Positions 62,951-64,000 of a stretch of 64,000 bases of DNA are shown here, piece by piece (position 1 is the first letter of the stretch; every line of letters begins with the position of its first letter). The position numbers and the translations under genes are program-made. Location: contig CAWDOD010000009.1 in NCBI GenBank assembly GCA_963803805.1, positions 128,001 to 192,000 on the forward strand, written 5' to 3'. This DNA comes from an uncultured cyanobacterium. Lineage in GTDB: Bacteria; Cyanobacteriota; Cyanobacteriia; Cyanobacteriales; CAWCAG01. The notes beneath the pieces were generated by a model, which was given only the letters and a program-made list of their open reading frames with translations, was not told where the DNA came from and searched no databases.

Positions 62951-62993
62951 AAAAAAGCATTCAGAAATTGATTATATATCTGAATGCTTTTTT
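62951..62993 (+). terminator. Rho-independent terminator
   Basis: AAAAAAGCATTCAGA ... TCTGAATGCTTTTTT. Confidence 0.85.
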
Positions 62994-63124
62994 GTATCCA
63001 TTTGTTTGGGAACTATAACTAAGAGAAAGCTAATAAAAATAAAAAAGAGAAATAATTAGAGTTTATGAATATGGTTTTAATAGAAAATATCCACCTTAAC
63101 TAAATTAAGCAAACCGAAAACACG

Positions 63125-63877
63125 ATGCGTAAATACCTTCATTCCCTTAAAGTTCTCGTTTTGGGTGTTTTACCCACTTTCCTGATATTATCTGGTTTAC
63201 CTTCTCCTGAAGTGGCCCAATCTTTTCCTGAGATGGTAGCAGGTCTTTCTTTTCCAAAAGGTTCAAATCGCGGCGGACCAAGTAGAACTAGCGGCGGTGG
63301 TAAAAGGGGCCCAGCCTGCGAGAATACTTCTATTAATGAATCAGTAGTAAGTGATTCCCAACTACCTCTAACAGCTATCATGCCAGAAAATAATCTGGCT
63401 ATTACCACAGAAGCAAATCCTAACATATATCTATACATTCCCCAGAACAATAACAAGAATGCAGAGTTGATTATTTTTGACCTTAGCAATAGAAATGAAC
63501 TCTACGAAGCTAAATTTGCTTTACCTCCAGAAGGTGGCATTATCAAACTAACTTTGCCAGAAAAAGTTCAACTACAAGTGGGAGATGAATACCAATGGCA
63601 TTTCGGTATCATTTGTGATGCAGAGGATGAATCTAAACATGAAGTAATTCAAGGACTTTTGGAGAGGAATACCCCTGTTAATTTAGAGAAGATTCAACAG
63701 GAAAAGAACCTCTTGGAAAAGGCAGATTTATATACCCAAGCTTCGGTTTGGAACGAAGCCTTGGATATAGCTGCTACATTACGGGATGCTGATTCTACTC
63801 CTTGGTTAGAACTATTAACCTCTGTAGGGTTAGAGAATTTTGTTGACGAGCCAGTTGTGGAAATCGAGTTAGATTGA
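63125..63877 (+). CDS. DUF928-family exported protein
   Basis: SGGGKRG, NPNIYLYIP, YQWHFGIIC, WNEAL, WLELLTSVGL. Confidence 0.88.
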   Translation: MRKYLHSLKVLVLGVLPTFLILSGLPSPEVAQSFPEMVAGLSFPKGSNRGGPSRTSGGGKRGPACENTSINESVVSDSQLPLTAIMPENNLAITTEANPNIYLYIPQNNNKNAELIIFDLSNRNELYEAKFALPPEGGIIKLTLPEKVQLQVGDEYQWHFGIICDAEDESKHEVIQGLLERNTPVNLEKIQQEKNLLEKADLYTQASVWNEALDIAATLRDADSTPWLELLTSVGLENFVDEPVVEIELD

Positions 63878-64000
63878 ACAATCCCGAATTAGGACATTGA
63901 GTTGAGTAGTAATATCAATAATCTTGAGTTATGCTTGATTTTTTTTGGCATCTATATTTGCTTCCTCTAATCAACAACAACTGCCCCTTATGTGGATAAG

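Overview
AT-rich cyanobacterial chromosomal segment (many HIP1 GCGATCGC octamers, cpcBA-cpcEF, hetR, short tandem repeats in spacers). It carries about 55 protein genes, mostly signalling (Ser/Thr kinase-histidine kinase hybrid, two multi-sensor histidine kinases, adenylate cyclase, response regulators), stress and metal genes (sodN-sodX, HypB-like GTPase, Hsp20, KtrAB, CPA2 antiporter) and housekeeping genes (aroB, rnhA, rpsU, two rbp). I saw no tRNA, rRNA, CRISPR array or mobile element. Most notable: (1) an FAD oxidoreductase-patX-hetR locus, where a 71-aa secreted ERGSGR peptide precursor has a TCCGGA (DIF1) promoter motif and HetR carries Thr at PatS-binding position 254; (2) a co-oriented minus-strand nickel/nitrogen cluster: a guanidine-type ABC importer plus a degenerate GhaB/HypB with no hydrolase or riboswitch, then Ni-SOD, then an atypical PII paralogue (S49N, E85K); (3) a candidate RpaB-controlled, PsrR1-like small RNA; (4) a frameshift-split and a receiver-deleted hybrid kinase; (5) a secreted protein with extremely acidic tandem repeats. 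All family assignments come from motif recognition by eye; no database search was run.
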